In this document: positions 1 through 10,005 of the stretch, in pieces | How the letters are laid out: each line of letters begins with the position of its first letter | Numbering within the stretch: position 1 is the stretch's first letter | Origin: Streptococcus sp. | GTDB lineage: Bacteria; Bacillota; Bacilli; Lactobacillales; Aerococcaceae | Direction of reading: 5' to 3' | Assembly (NCBI GenBank): GCA_015264955.1 | Contig: JABZYV010000001.1 | Location: 23,722 to 87,721, forward strand | Length of the DNA: 64,000 bases | The notes under the pieces: model-generated | The model's database searches: none | What the model saw: only the letters and a program-made list of their open reading frames with translations | What the model was told of the DNA's origin: nothing | Translations under genes and position numbers: made by a program

Positions 1-21
1 AACATCCGTGTTGGTCAAGTG

Positions 22-50
22 TTGAAAGTTTCAAAATAATCTGCTAGAAT
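22..50 (+). promoter_or_regulatory. Sigma-A promoter for the leuS leader: TTGAAA, 17-nt spacer, TGcTAGAAT (extended -10)
   Basis: Hexamers read directly with 17-nt spacing, upstream of the T-box leader. Confidence 0.5.
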
Positions 51-56
51 AAGACT

Positions 57-285
57 CACAAAAGCAGATAGAGGAATAGTAAGTTTCTTTGATAGACGTA
101 GAGAGTGCATGGCTGGTGAAAATGCATCATTTCAATAAACTGAACTCGCCTTTTAGCTGAACTCTGAACTAATAGTAAGAGTTTCCGCCTCGCCAGCGTT
201 ACAGGTAAGATGAGTAAAATAATTAGGTGGTAACACGTATTGCGTCCTATCTGTCATTGACAGGTGGGGCGTTTTTTATTTTGAA
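57..285 (+). promoter_or_regulatory. T-box riboswitch leader of leuS (specifier region AACUCGCC, Leu CUC codon at 145-147; T-box sequence AATTAGGTGGTAACACG at 221-237; terminator hairpin 243-271 plus U-run)
   Basis: Conserved T-box motif AAUUAGG(G)UGGNACNCG lies immediately 5' of a GC-rich hairpin and T-run. An AGAGAG (AG-box-like) element sits near 110-118. An aminoacyl-tRNA synthetase gene follows directly. Confidence 0.75.
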
Positions 286-298
286 AGGAGTGAATCAG

Positions 299-2713
299 AT
301 GACATTTAATCATCTAGAAATCGAGCCTAAATGGCAAAAATATTGGAAAGAACATCATACGTTCAAAACAACAGAAGATCCTTCTAAGAAAAACTTCTAC
401 GCGTTAGATATGTTCCCTTATCCTTCAGGACAAGGACTTCACGTAGGACACCCAGAAGGTTATACAGCAACAGATGCCATTTCTCGTATGAAACGTGCAC
501 AAGGATACAATGTACTTCACCCAATGGGATGGGATGCATTTGGACTCCCTGCAGAACAATACGCTCTTGATACAGGAAATGACCCAGCAGAATTCACAAA
601 AGTAAACGTTGCGAACTTCAAACGTCAAATTAATGAATTAGGGTTCAGCTATGACTGGGACCGCGAAATTAATACAACGGATCCAGAATACTATAAATGG
701 ACTCAATGGATTTTCACTAAACTAGTGGAAATGGGACTTGCATATGAAGCTGAAATTCCAGTGAACTGGTGCCCAGCTCTTGGAACAGTACTTGCCAACG
801 AAGAAGTTATTGATGGTAAGAGTGAACGTGGAGGACATCCTGTTTACCGTAAACCAATGAAACAATGGATGTTGAAAATCACAGCTTATGCGGATCGTCT
901 ATTAGAAGATTTGGATGAGTTGGATTGGCCAGAAAGCATTAAAGATATGCAACGTAACTGGATTGGTCGTTCAGAAGGGGCGCAAGTTCGTTTCAACGTT
1001 AAAGGAACAGATGAAAGCTTCGAAGTCTTCACAACACGTCCGGATACATTATTTGGAGCGACTTACAATGTATTAGCGCCAGAACATGAATTAGTTCAAA
1101 AGATTGTCACTCCTGAACAAAAAGAAGCAGTAGATGCTTATATTGCTGCTGTTTCAACAAAATCAGACTTAGAACGTACAGAACTTTCTAAAGAGAAAAC
1201 TGGGGTATTCACTGGAGCATATGCGATTAACCCAGTGAACGGTAAAGAAATTCCAATCTGGATTGCAGACTATGTATTAAGTACTTATGGTACAGGTGCG
1301 ATCATGGCTGTTCCAGCTCACGATGAACGCGACTACGAATTCGCTAAAGTATTTGGATTAGACATCATTCCAGTCATCGAAGGCGGAAACGTCGAAGAAG
1401 AAGCATACACTGGTGACGGTGTGCATATTCATTCAGATTTCCTAGATGGATTGAATAAAGCTGATGCGATTGCAAAAATGAATGAATGGCTAGAAGAACA
1501 TGGCGTAGGAGCAGCTAAAGTAAGCTATCGTCTACGCGACTGGTTGTTCTCACGCCAACGTTATTGGGGTGAACCAATTCCAGTGATTCATTGGGAAGAC
1601 GGTACTATGACAACTGTTCCTGAATCTGAATTGCCATTAGTATTGCCTAAAACAGATAAAATTCGTCCTAGTGGTACTGGGGAATCTCCACTGGCTGCAA
1701 TTGAAGACTGGCTTTATGTCACAGACCCTGTAACAGGTAAGAAGGGTCGTCGTGAAACAAATACAATGCCACAATGGGCAGGAAGCTCATGGTACTTTGT
1801 ACGTTATGTTGATCCACATAACAAAGAAAGACTTGCAGATCCTGAGAAAGTAAAACAATGGTTACCAGTTGATTTATATATTGGTGGTGCAGAGCATGCC
1901 GTTCTTCACTTACTATATGCTCGTTTCTGGTATAAAGTGTTATACGATTTAGGAGTTGTTCCAAACAAAGAACCGTTCCAAAAACTATTTAACCAAGGAA
2001 TGATTCTTGGTGAAGGTAATGAGAAAATGTCTAAATCTAAAGGGAATGTTGTAAACCCTGATGATGTGGTTCGTGAATATGGTGCGGATACATTACGTGT
2101 TTATGAAATGTTCATGGGACCTCTTGATGCATCGATTGCTTGGAGTGAAAAAGGACTTGAGGGTAGCCGTAAGTTCCTAGACCGCTTCTGGAGATTGATG
2201 ATTGATGATAATGGTAAAATGCGTGACCGTATCACAAAACTAAACGATGGTAAATTGGATAAAGTGTACCATCAAACAGTGAAGAAAGTGACAGAAGACT
2301 TCGAAGAGTTGCATTTCAATACTGCAATCTCTCAAATGATGATTTTCGTTAACGAAGCTTATAAAGCAGACGCATTGCCATTCGACTACATGAAAGGTCT
2401 TGTACAATTGATTGCGCCATTAGCACCACATATGGCTGAAGAAATCTGGAGTAAATTCGGATTCACAGAATCAATTAGCTACGAACCATGGCCAACTTAC
2501 GATGAATCTAAATTAGTAGAAGACGAAGTAGAAGTGATTTTCCAAGTCAATGGGAAAATTAAAGCACGCGTAATGGTTCCAACAAACGCAGATGCTGCAG
2601 CTCTTGAAGCACTTGCAAAAGAGCATGATTCAGTGAAATCTGCCATCGAAGGAAAAACAATCCGTAAAGTGATTGCTGTTCCAGGACGTTTAGTAAACAT
2701 CGTTGCGAACTAA
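299..2713 (+). CDS. leuS: Leucyl-tRNA synthetase
   Basis: 805-aa product with a HVGH-type class I signature ([16 protein letters not shown]), KMSKS ([11 protein letters not shown]) and the LeuS editing domain. Start placed at ATG 299 after GGAG at 287-290. The ORF-track start at 227 would lie inside the T-box terminator. Confidence 0.95.
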   Translation: MTFNHLEIEPKWQKYWKEHHTFKTTEDPSKKNFYALDMFPYPSGQGLHVGHPEGYTATDAISRMKRAQGYNVLHPMGWDAFGLPAEQYALDTGNDPAEFTKVNVANFKRQINELGFSYDWDREINTTDPEYYKWTQWIFTKLVEMGLAYEAEIPVNWCPALGTVLANEEVIDGKSERGGHPVYRKPMKQWMLKITAYADRLLEDLDELDWPESIKDMQRNWIGRSEGAQVRFNVKGTDESFEVFTTRPDTLFGATYNVLAPEHELVQKIVTPEQKEAVDAYIAAVSTKSDLERTELSKEKTGVFTGAYAINPVNGKEIPIWIADYVLSTYGTGAIMAVPAHDERDYEFAKVFGLDIIPVIEGGNVEEEAYTGDGVHIHSDFLDGLNKADAIAKMNEWLEEHGVGAAKVSYRLRDWLFSRQRYWGEPIPVIHWEDGTMTTVPESELPLVLPKTDKIRPSGTGESPLAAIEDWLYVTDPVTGKKGRRETNTMPQWAGSSWYFVRYVDPHNKERLADPEKVKQWLPVDLYIGGAEHAVLHLLYARFWYKVLYDLGVVPNKEPFQKLFNQGMILGEGNEKMSKSKGNVVNPDDVVREYGADTLRVYEMFMGPLDASIAWSEKGLEGSRKFLDRFWRLMIDDNGKMRDRITKLNDGKLDKVYHQTVKKVTEDFEELHFNTAISQMMIFVNEAYKADALPFDYMKGLVQLIAPLAPHMAEEIWSKFGFTESISYEPWPTYDESKLVEDEVEVIFQVNGKIKARVMVPTNADAAALEALAKEHDSVKSAIEGKTIRKVIAVPGRLVNIVAN

Positions 2714-2735
2714 TGGAATTTGAAAGGATAGTAGA

Positions 2736-3860
2736 ATGATTTATTTTGATAATGCAGCAACAACGAAAATTTATGATGATGCATTAACGAGCTATGTTCA
2801 AGTTAGCCAAAAGTTCTTCGGAAATCCATCGAGCTTACACCAATTAGGAGTCGATGCTTACCAAGTGTTGACCAAAGCTAGAGCACAAGTAGCTAGTTTA
2901 TTATCAGTTCAACCTGAGGAGATTTTCTTCACCTCAGGCGGAACTGAATCGAATAACTGGGCGATTAAAGGAACAGCTCTAGAAAAATCTGTATTTGGGA
3001 AGCATATCATTACGACAAAGATTGAACATCCTTCAGTCATTCAGACATGTAAGCAATTAGAACGCTTCGGGTTTGAAGTGACGTACTTAGATGTCGATTC
3101 TAAAGGGATTGTAAGTATAGACCAATTAAAAGAGAGCCTTCGTAAAGATACGATTCTAGTAAGTGTGATGGCTGTTAATAATGAAGTTGGAGCAGTTCAA
3201 CCAATTGCTGAGATTGCCAAAGTACTAGAGGAATATCCATCGATTCATTTTCATGTGGACTGTGTGCAAGCAGTAGAACGCGCAAGCCAGTTATTATCTA
3301 TTGGGCGTATTGACTTATTGAGCCTTTCTGCGCATAAATTCCATGGACCACGAGGCGTTGGGATTATGTATAAGAAATTTGGACGTAAGATTCAAGCGCT
3401 CTTAACAGGTGGCGGACAAGAAAAAGGGGAACGTAGTACAACGGAAAACCTTCCAGGAATTGTAGCTACAACAAAAGCTCTGCGAATGGCTTTAGAAGAA
3501 GAGTCAGTTACGGGAGAACTTCGTAGTCAATTATGGAAAGAGTTAGCAACAAAACCTGAAATTCGCATCTTCTCGCCTGAAGATGGAGCGTCTCATGTAT
3601 TATGCTTTGCCATTAAAGGCGTTCGTGGAGAGGTCGTTGTTCATGCTTTTGAAAATCACGGCATTTATATTTCTACGACTTCAGCTTGTTCAAGTAAAAA
3701 AGCAGATTCATCTAGTACGCTTTACGCGATGGATGTGCCAACTGAATGGGCGACAGGAGCTGTTCGTGTAAGCTTCTCAAACGACAATACAAAAGAAGAA
3801 GTAGAACAGTTTATCAAGGTTCTGCATCAGTTAATGAAACAATTTTCGTTTTTAAAATAA
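2736..3860 (+). CDS. nifZ: Cysteine desulfurase (class V aminotransferase, NifS/NifZ-like), partner of ThiI
   Basis: 374 aa with PLP-lysine region [12 protein letters not shown] and an active-site Cys near ISTTSACSS. Lies immediately upstream of thiI as in the Bacillus nifZ-thiI pair. Confidence 0.85.
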   Translation: MIYFDNAATTKIYDDALTSYVQVSQKFFGNPSSLHQLGVDAYQVLTKARAQVASLLSVQPEEIFFTSGGTESNNWAIKGTALEKSVFGKHIITTKIEHPSVIQTCKQLERFGFEVTYLDVDSKGIVSIDQLKESLRKDTILVSVMAVNNEVGAVQPIAEIAKVLEEYPSIHFHVDCVQAVERASQLLSIGRIDLLSLSAHKFHGPRGVGIMYKKFGRKIQALLTGGGQEKGERSTTENLPGIVATTKALRMALEEESVTGELRSQLWKELATKPEIRIFSPEDGASHVLCFAIKGVRGEVVVHAFENHGIYISTTSACSSKKADSSSTLYAMDVPTEWATGAVRVSFSNDNTKEEVEQFIKVLHQLMKQFSFLK

Positions 3861-3873
3861 AAGGAGGAAATCG

Positions 3874-5091
3874 TTGAAAACTAGAATTTTGATTCGCTAT
3901 GGTGAACTTTCTACAAAGGGTAGAAACAAGAAGATGTTCACTCAGAAATTAGCGTCAAATATTAAAAAAGCCTTAGTAGACTTTCCTCAGGTAAAGGTGA
4001 TTCCTGACTATGACTTTATGTATTTAGATTTACACGAAGCACCTGAAGAAGCAGTTATCGAAAAGGTAAAACCAATTTTTGGGATTCAATCTATTTCGCC
4101 AGTATATATTGTTGAAAAAGATATGGAAGTGGCTAAAAAAGTTGTTCTCGACTTATTAAGCCAAGAAGACCTTGAAGGAAAAACATTTAAGATTATGACA
4201 AGACGCTCGGATCATACATTCGAGATGGATACGAATCAAATCAACTTGTTTTTAGGGGATGCTGTTCTTGAAGAATTTCCAGAAATCAAGGTTCAATTAA
4301 AACAACCAGATATTACGGTACGTATTGATGTGCGCCGTGAACACTTAATGGTGAGTCTGAAGACGATCCAAGGAGCAGGAGGACTTCCAGTTGGTACAAG
4401 TGGTCGCGCGATGCTGATGCTATCTGGTGGGATTGATTCGCCGGTAGCAGGATATCTTGCGATGAAACGTGGAATGGAAATTCAATGCGTGCACTTTGCG
4501 AGCCCACCGTATACGAGCCCACAAGCGTTAGAGAAAACAAAACTCTTAGCAGCTAAAATTGCTCGTTTCGGTGGAAGTATTCAATTCTTAACGGTACCTT
4601 TTTCAAGAATTCAAGAGGAAATCAAGAAGAGTGTACCGGAAGCATATTTAATGACAATTATGCGTCGTTTCATGCTTCGTATTACGGATCAACTTAGAGA
4701 AAATGCACGTGCTCTTGCGATTGCCAATGGGGAATCAGTGGGGCAAGTGGCTTCTCAAACATTAGATAGCATGGTGGCGATTAATGATGTCACAAATACA
4801 CCAATTATTCGTCCAGTAGCTACAATGGATAAACTCGATATTATTAAAGTTGCTGAAGAAATTGATACATTCGAGTTATCGATTCAACCGTTCGAGGATT
4901 GTTGTACGGTGTTTGCGCCGCCAAGTCCAAAGACAAAACCGAAACTGGAGAAGGCTCGCCAATATGAAGCACGTCTTGATGTGGAAGGGTTAATTAAAGA
5001 GGCTGTAGAGGGGACAGTGATTGAAGAAATTACTGCAAACTATACAACTCCAGTAGAAACAGCAAATCAAGAGATTGACGATTTATTTTAA
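3874..5091 (+). CDS. thiI: tRNA 4-thiouridine(8) synthase ThiI
   Basis: TTG start after AAGGAGG at 3861-3867. THUMP domain and PP-loop [11 protein letters not shown] present. 405 aa. Confidence 0.9.
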   Translation: MKTRILIRYGELSTKGRNKKMFTQKLASNIKKALVDFPQVKVIPDYDFMYLDLHEAPEEAVIEKVKPIFGIQSISPVYIVEKDMEVAKKVVLDLLSQEDLEGKTFKIMTRRSDHTFEMDTNQINLFLGDAVLEEFPEIKVQLKQPDITVRIDVRREHLMVSLKTIQGAGGLPVGTSGRAMLMLSGGIDSPVAGYLAMKRGMEIQCVHFASPPYTSPQALEKTKLLAAKIARFGGSIQFLTVPFSRIQEEIKKSVPEAYLMTIMRRFMLRITDQLRENARALAIANGESVGQVASQTLDSMVAINDVTNTPIIRPVATMDKLDIIKVAEEIDTFELSIQPFEDCCTVFAPPSPKTKPKLEKARQYEARLDVEGLIKEAVEGTVIEEITANYTTPVETANQEIDDLF

Positions 5092-5100
5092 GATAAAAAG

Positions 5101-5140
5101 AAGCGATGCTATTCCGTTTGGAGTAGCATCGCTTTTTGTT
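5101..5140. terminator. Bidirectional rho-independent terminator between thiI (+) and the amidase (-)
   Basis: AAGCGATGCTA ... TAGCATCGCTT hairpin followed by TTTTTGTTGTTTT. Confidence 0.7.
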
Positions 5141-5143
5141 GTT

Positions 5144-6559
5144 TTATTGGAAGTATTCTTTAAGCGCGTTTGCAATACTTTTTGCGATGTTTTGTTGATA
5201 TTCTTCAGAAGAAATCACTTTGTTATCGCCTTGGTTATTTAAGTATCCAAGTTCTAAAAGAATTGATGGACGAGCATTATCACGAAGAACCATGAAGTTT
5301 TGGAATCTGCTTCCTTGGTTTTTCAATGGTAGGTTTCGAGATAAGTATTTATTCACTGTCTGACTGAGACTTTCGCTCTTATCACTGTAGTAGTAGGCTG
5401 TTGTTCCGCTTGCACTATCATCTTCAGACGAGTCGAAGTGAATACTAATAAATGCATTTGCATTATTTTTATTACTAATTTCAGCACGCTCAGCAAGTGA
5501 AACAGAAGTGTCACTTGTTCTAGTTAAGATAACTTTTGCTCCCATTGCTTCGAGTTCTTTCTTCACAAGTAGAGCAGTTGTTAATGTATGGTCTGCTTCG
5601 TGTTTTTCACTGAAGTTTACAACAGCACCTGGATCTTCACCACCGTGCCCTGGATCGATGACAATCGTTGCGTTTTTAATTCCTTGAGGAATCGTTTCAT
5701 CCGTTTCGATTCCAGCAAAGTTTGTAGTCACTAGCCAGTAAGGAATATATCCGTATTTTCCATTACCAACAGATACTTTATAGAAATCGCCTTCGCGGTC
5801 TTCGTAGACAAATTGTGTTCCTTTATCTACCGTACCGATTAATTCGGAAGTGACGTTGGAAGCTGAGTAAATAGGTGTTTCTTTTAGTTTTGTAACAAAC
5901 ATCTTGTTAGAGTCAATTGTTGTTGGAAGACCAGCTTGTTTGTTGAGAATTTCTTGAATCAATTCAATCGCGTAGTTTGTAGAGTCGCTATCCACATAAC
6001 CTTCTTTATCAAAGTAACGAACTTTTAAGACTTTATCGTTCAATTCTTCAATGAGGTAGAAGAGTTCGCCGTTAGGAATTGTTAAGAGAACTTTCGAATT
6101 TTCATCCTGTGTTTCGCGTAATTTCAATCCGCCAGAAGCATATCCTTTCATCATCGTAGAAAGAAGGATATCTTTATCCTCGATATAGGCTACTTGATCA
6201 TCATATTGAACTTGAATCCAACCGTTGTCGAGTTTATGCAAGGCCAGCAAGTATTGGTTTTTCGTAATTTCACCAACTGGAATGCCTTTAGCATCCATCG
6301 TATGGTATACCTTTAACGCCTTATCGCTTGTATTGACTGCGAATTCTACAATTTTATTTTTAACCACTGTAGATGTTTGAGTAGCCGTATTGCCACTATT
6401 CGTATCCGTATTTGCTTGGTGCGTATTTGCTTGCGGTTTTATTGTTGAACTTTCACTTACTAATGGATAGGCGATAATCCACAGAAGTAGAAGAGAAACA
6501 AGAAAGCCCAGCAGTTGCTGTATATTTTTCTTCTTAAAGAATTTCAGTAATGAATCCAT
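5144..6559 (-). CDS. N-acetylmuramoyl-L-alanine amidase (Amidase_3 catalytic domain, N-terminal membrane anchor/signal, SH3b-like repeats)
   Basis: C-terminal Amidase_3 motifs (IVIDPGHGGEDPGAV ... ISIHFDS). N-terminal hydrophobic segment. RBS AAAAGGAGCCC on the minus strand. Confidence 0.8.
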   Translation of the reverse strand: MDSLLKFFKKKNIQQLLGFLVSLLLLWIIAYPLVSESSTIKPQANTHQANTDTNSGNTATQTSTVVKNKIVEFAVNTSDKALKVYHTMDAKGIPVGEITKNQYLLALHKLDNGWIQVQYDDQVAYIEDKDILLSTMMKGYASGGLKLRETQDENSKVLLTIPNGELFYLIEELNDKVLKVRYFDKEGYVDSDSTNYAIELIQEILNKQAGLPTTIDSNKMFVTKLKETPIYSASNVTSELIGTVDKGTQFVYEDREGDFYKVSVGNGKYGYIPYWLVTTNFAGIETDETIPQGIKNATIVIDPGHGGEDPGAVVNFSEKHEADHTLTTALLVKKELEAMGAKVILTRTSDTSVSLAERAEISNKNNANAFISIHFDSSEDDSASGTTAYYYSDKSESLSQTVNKYLSRNLPLKNQGSRFQNFMVLRDNARPSILLELGYLNNQGDNKVISSEEYQQNIAKSIANALKEYFQ

Positions 6560-6703
6560 AAGGGCTCCTTTTTATTTGTATATTTCCTCCTTATTATACC
6601 AATAAAAGCGCTATTTGTGTATAAAAAATAGCTTACAGCTTGATTGCAGAAGAATTATTTTAGTAAAATAAATAGAGAATAATGAAATATTTGGAGGATG
6701 ATT

Positions 6704-7606
6704 ATGTTAATTGGGTCTCACGTTTCGATGAGCGGAAAAGAAATGCTCTTGAATTCAGCAAAGGAAGCAGCAAGCTATAACGCAAATGTCATGATGGTTT
6801 ATACAGGTGCTCCGCAAAACACAAGAAGAAAACCAATTGAAGAGTTAAATGTTGAAGCTGGGAAACAGTACATGAAAGAACATGGCATTGAAGAAGTTGT
6901 TGTCCATGCGCCTTATATTATTAACTTAGCTAACACTACAAAAGAAGGCTATATTGATTTTGCAATCGAATTTTTAAGAGAAGAATTGAAACGTGCAGAG
7001 GCGGTTGGTGCTACACAAGTTGTTCTACATCCTGGTTCTCACGTAGGGGCTGGTGTGGATGTAGGAATAAACCAAATCATCTACGGATTAAACCAAGTTC
7101 TAACGAAAGATCAAAAAGTTCAAATCGCATTAGAAACAATGGCGGGTAAAGGAACAGAGCTAGCTCGTACATTCGAAGAATTAGCACGTATTATCGACGG
7201 AGTGACGCACAATGAACATTTATCCGTAACGTTTGATACATGCCACGTTCACGATGCAGGGTATGATATTAAAAATGATTTATCAGGAGTATTAACTCAT
7301 TTTGATAAAACAGTTGGCCTTGACCGTATTAAAGTCCTTCATGTAAATGATTCGAAAAATCCTGTGGGGGCTCATAAAGATAGACATGAGAACTTTGGTT
7401 TTGGAGAAATCGGATTTGAAGCGCTCATGAACGTTATTAATGTTCCTGAATTTAAACAGCTTCCAAAGATTCTCGAAACACCTTGGATTAAAGTGGAAGA
7501 TAAAGTTCAAATTGCGCCATACAAAAAAGAAATTGAAATGATTCGTTCTGGAAAATTTGATTCAAACTGGATTGAAGAGTTATTAAAACAAGAAAGAGGG
7601 AAGTAA
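6704..7606 (+). CDS. nfo: Endonuclease IV (AP endonuclease, Nfo)
   Basis: [12 protein letters not shown]... matches the Nfo N-terminus. Zn-binding His/Asp/Glu pattern ([18 protein letters not shown]) present. Start chosen 6 nt after GGAGG at 6693-6697. Confidence 0.9.
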   Translation: MLIGSHVSMSGKEMLLNSAKEAASYNANVMMVYTGAPQNTRRKPIEELNVEAGKQYMKEHGIEEVVVHAPYIINLANTTKEGYIDFAIEFLREELKRAEAVGATQVVLHPGSHVGAGVDVGINQIIYGLNQVLTKDQKVQIALETMAGKGTELARTFEELARIIDGVTHNEHLSVTFDTCHVHDAGYDIKNDLSGVLTHFDKTVGLDRIKVLHVNDSKNPVGAHKDRHENFGFGEIGFEALMNVINVPEFKQLPKILETPWIKVEDKVQIAPYKKEIEMIRSGKFDSNWIEELLKQERGK

Positions 7607-7607
7607 T

Positions 7608-8102
7608 ATGCATTCACACGATCATTGCTGCGGTCACGACCACTCAGGTCATAAAGAACAACATCATCATGACCATTCACATAATCATGTAGAAGAAGCG
7701 TTAGAAATCTTAAAAGAAGCGGGTTATAAACATACGAATAAACGCCAACGACTTGTTGAGATTTTAAATGATGCCAACCGTTACTTGTCAGCAAAGCAAG
7801 TGCAAGAATTGATTGCGCCTGAATTCCCACAATTAAGTTATGATACGATTTATCGTAATTTATATACTTTTGTACAATTGAATATTTTAGAAGAAACAGA
7901 ATTGAACGGTGAAAAATTATTTAGATTCCGTTGCCAAGCTCATGGCCATCATCATCATTTCATTTGCGAAAAATGTGGTAGCACAAGAGAGATTGATATG
8001 TGCCCAATGGATTTCTTTAAAGATCAATTAGAAGGATGCGAAATTCATTCACATCGTTTTGAAATTTTTGGTCTTTGCGAAAAGTGCGCGGCAAAAGCGT
8101 AG
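7608..8102 (+). CDS. zur: Fur-family metalloregulator, Zur-like, with His/Cys-rich N-terminal extension
   Basis: Fur-family DNA-binding helix, HHHH motif and two CxxC pairs (CEKCGS, CEKCAA). N-terminus is MHSHDHCCGHDHSGHKEQHHHDHSHNH. nfo-zur neighbourhood as in B. subtilis. Assignment to Zur rather than PerR or Fur rests on synteny only. Confidence 0.55.
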   Translation: MHSHDHCCGHDHSGHKEQHHHDHSHNHVEEALEILKEAGYKHTNKRQRLVEILNDANRYLSAKQVQELIAPEFPQLSYDTIYRNLYTFVQLNILEETELNGEKLFRFRCQAHGHHHHFICEKCGSTREIDMCPMDFFKDQLEGCEIHSHRFEIFGLCEKCAAKA

Positions 8103-8147
8103 TTTAAGGCTTTCCTAAAAAAGTTGAAAGAACCTTAGTAAAGTTGA

Positions 8148-8176
8148 TTGACATTTTATGGAACCTTTCCTATAAT
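8148..8176 (+). promoter_or_regulatory. Consensus sigma-A promoter of rpsU (TTGACA, 17-nt spacer, TATAAT)
   Basis: Perfect -35 (8148-8153) and -10 (8171-8176) hexamers. Confidence 0.7.
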
Positions 8177-8259
8177 AAAAAAAGGACATTTCGTTTGTTT
8201 GGTTATTCTATTCAAAAGAAAACAGTTACTTTTTATTGCTCGGAGGGAGGGAATAGGAT

Positions 8260-8433
8260 ATGTCAAAAACAGTTGTTCGTAAAAACGAATCACTTGATGA
8301 TGCTCTTCGTCGCTTCAAACGTACTGTTTCTAAAACCGGAACTTTACAAGAGGCTCGCAAACGTGAGTTTTATGAAAAACCAAGTGTAAGACGTAAGAAA
8401 AAATCAGAGGCAGCTCGTAAACGCAAGTTCTAG
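8260..8433 (+). CDS. rpsU: 30S ribosomal protein S21
   Basis: 57-aa product [57 protein letters not shown], below the ORF-track cutoff. RBS GGAGGGAGGG upstream. Confidence 0.9.
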   Translation: MSKTVVRKNESLDDALRRFKRTVSKTGTLQEARKREFYEKPSVRRKKKSEAARKRKF

Positions 8434-8460
8434 TCAACTCTGTGTATCATAGACTATGTC

Positions 8461-8491
8461 AGGCTGGGGCTATTAGTCCCAGTCTTTTTTT
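8461..8491 (+). terminator. rho-independent terminator after rpsU
   Basis: AGGCTGGG ... CCCAGTCT hairpin plus T7. Confidence 0.6.
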
Positions 8492-8528
8492 ATCAATCAA
8501 ACGAAATCAAAAGAATGGAGCGATTATA

Positions 8529-8975
8529 ATGTCATTAAAAGAAACAATTAATAACGATATCAAAACAGCGATGAAAGCTAAAGACAAAGAAACATTAGCT
8601 GTATTACGTATGATTAAAACAGCGATTCAAGCTGCTGAAATTGACAAAAAATCAGATTTAACACCTGAAGAAGAATTAACAATTTTATCGCGTGAAGCCA
8701 AACAACGTCGTGATTCTATTGTTGAATTCGAAAAAGCAGAACGCCAAGAATTAGTTGAAAAAACACAAGGCGAATTAGCGATTGTTGAGAAATACTTACC
8801 AGCGCAACTTTCATTAGAAGAAGTGCAAGCAAAAATTGCCGAAATCGCTGAACAAGTAGGTGCAACAACACAAAAAGAATTCGGTAAATTAATGGGTGCC
8901 GTAATGCAGGCTCTTAAAGGACAAGCAGACGGTAATGTCATTAAAGAACAAGTAAAAGCACACTTAAACAAATAA
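8529..8975 (+). CDS. yqeY: GatB/YqeY domain protein
   Basis: 148 aa resembling YqeY (MSLKETINNDIKTAMKAKDKETL...). Start at ATG 8529 after GGAG. rpsU-yqeY synteny. Confidence 0.85.
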   Translation: MSLKETINNDIKTAMKAKDKETLAVLRMIKTAIQAAEIDKKSDLTPEEELTILSREAKQRRDSIVEFEKAERQELVEKTQGELAIVEKYLPAQLSLEEVQAKIAEIAEQVGATTQKEFGKLMGAVMQALKGQADGNVIKEQVKAHLNK

Positions 8976-8997
8976 GTGTGGATTGGAGGATAACTGA

Positions 8998-10005
8998 TTG
9001 GAAAAAGAAACCTTTAAAGCAAGTGTTGAATTAAGTGATAACCCTCAATTAATTCAATTATTTGGTTCTCAAGATCAGAATATTCGTTTTATTGAAGATT
9101 CATTCCAAGTACAAATTACCCATCGTGGGGAGCAACTCTTTATTACTGGAGAAGAAGAGGCTGTTTCACAAGTAAAAGAACTGCTTAATCAGCTTCAAGA
9201 CTTAATTGCACGTGGAATCAGTATTTCAAAAACTGATATCATTACGGCTGTAAAGATGGCCAAACGTGGTACTTTGGATTACTTTGTTAATTTATATAAC
9301 GAAGAAATTGGACGTACATTTGCAGGAAAAGCAATTCGTGCCAAAACATATGGTCAACAGCAATATATTCATGCGATTAAGAAAACGGATGTGGTATTTG
9401 GTATTGGGCCTGCCGGAACTGGTAAAACGTTCGTAGCCGTTGTAATGGCGGTTCAAGCGTTGAAAAAAGGCGAAGTGAAGAAAATCATCTTGACTCGTCC
9501 AGCCGTTGAAGCCGGTGAAAATTTAGGATTCTTACCAGGGGACTTAAAAGAAAAAGTGGACCCATATTTACGTCCGTTATACGATGCTTTATATACCGTA
9601 TACGGTATGGAGCACACAAATCGTCTCCTTGAACGAGGCGTTATCGAAGTGGCACCGCTAGCGTATATGCGTGGACGTACATTAGAAGATTCATTTATCA
9701 TTTTAGATGAGGCTCAAAATACAACAAGAGCTCAAATGAAGATGTTTTTAACACGTCTAGGATTTGGATCGAAGATGATTGTCAATGGAGATAAATCTCA
9801 AATTGACTTACCAAAAGGACATCAAGCGAGTGGTCTTTTGGATGCAGAACGTAAACTTAAAGGAATCAATGGCATTGCCTTTGTAGAATTTGATGCAGGA
9901 GACGTTGTACGTCATCCAATCGTATCCGAAATTATTAATGCCTACTCAGCTTCTAATAGCACTGAGAAGGAACGAGGTGAAGAAAGTGAGACAAAAGCTC
10001 CGTAA
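8998..10005 (+). CDS. phoH: PhoH-like ATPase (PhoH/YbeZ)
   Basis: TTG start after GGAGGA. KH-like N-terminal domain plus P-loop GPAGTGKT. Confidence 0.9.
   Translation: MEKETFKASVELSDNPQLIQLFGSQDQNIRFIEDSFQVQITHRGEQLFITGEEEAVSQVKELLNQLQDLIARGISISKTDIITAVKMAKRGTLDYFVNLYNEEIGRTFAGKAIRAKTYGQQQYIHAIKKTDVVFGIGPAGTGKTFVAVVMAVQALKKGEVKKIILTRPAVEAGENLGFLPGDLKEKVDPYLRPLYDALYTVYGMEHTNRLLERGVIEVAPLAYMRGRTLEDSFIILDEAQNTTRAQMKMFLTRLGFGSKMIVNGDKSQIDLPKGHQASGLLDAERKLKGINGIAFVEFDAGDVVRHPIVSEIINAYSASNSTEKERGEESETKAP

Noticed and set aside
227-298. Long N-terminal extensions offered by the ORF track (leuS 227, pgpH 9890, obg 18387, hypothetical 27437, rpsD 29176, tig 48822, clpX 50175, dnaG 53593, SBP 59408, SDR 22487, acyltransferase 19743)
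   Set aside because: The extensions run through terminators, promoters or the preceding gene and lack Shine-Dalgarno support. Internal starts with proper RBS spacing match the conserved N-termini of the protein families.
425-2700. Antisense or alternate-frame ORFs inside leuS (425-628, 1719-1964, 2497-2700). Similar small ORFs lie inside thiI, pgpH, glyQ, glyS, obg, the acyltransferase, recJ, apt, adhE, nrnA, the adhesin, rny, ponA, tig, dnaG, the ABC genes and rnjA
   Set aside because: All are fully embedded in strongly supported conserved genes, lack RBSs and have low-complexity or biased composition. Treated as frame artefacts.
6585-6605. TTATTATACCAATAA quasi-palindrome upstream of the amidase/nfo divergent region, considered as a PerR/Fur-type box
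   Set aside because: Poor match to the 7-1-7 TTATAATnATTATAA consensus. AT-rich promoter DNA produces such palindromes by chance.
7840-7870. TATCGTAATTTATATAC inside zur resembling half a Zur box
   Set aside because: Only a half-site, located inside the coding sequence. Likely chance similarity.
8144-8389. 81-aa ORF from the six-frame track spanning the rpsU promoter, 5'UTR and the first two-thirds of rpsU in another frame
   Set aside because: It begins inside the -35 element, has no RBS and is out of frame with the clearly recognisable S21 protein (8260-8433, 57 aa). Spurious.
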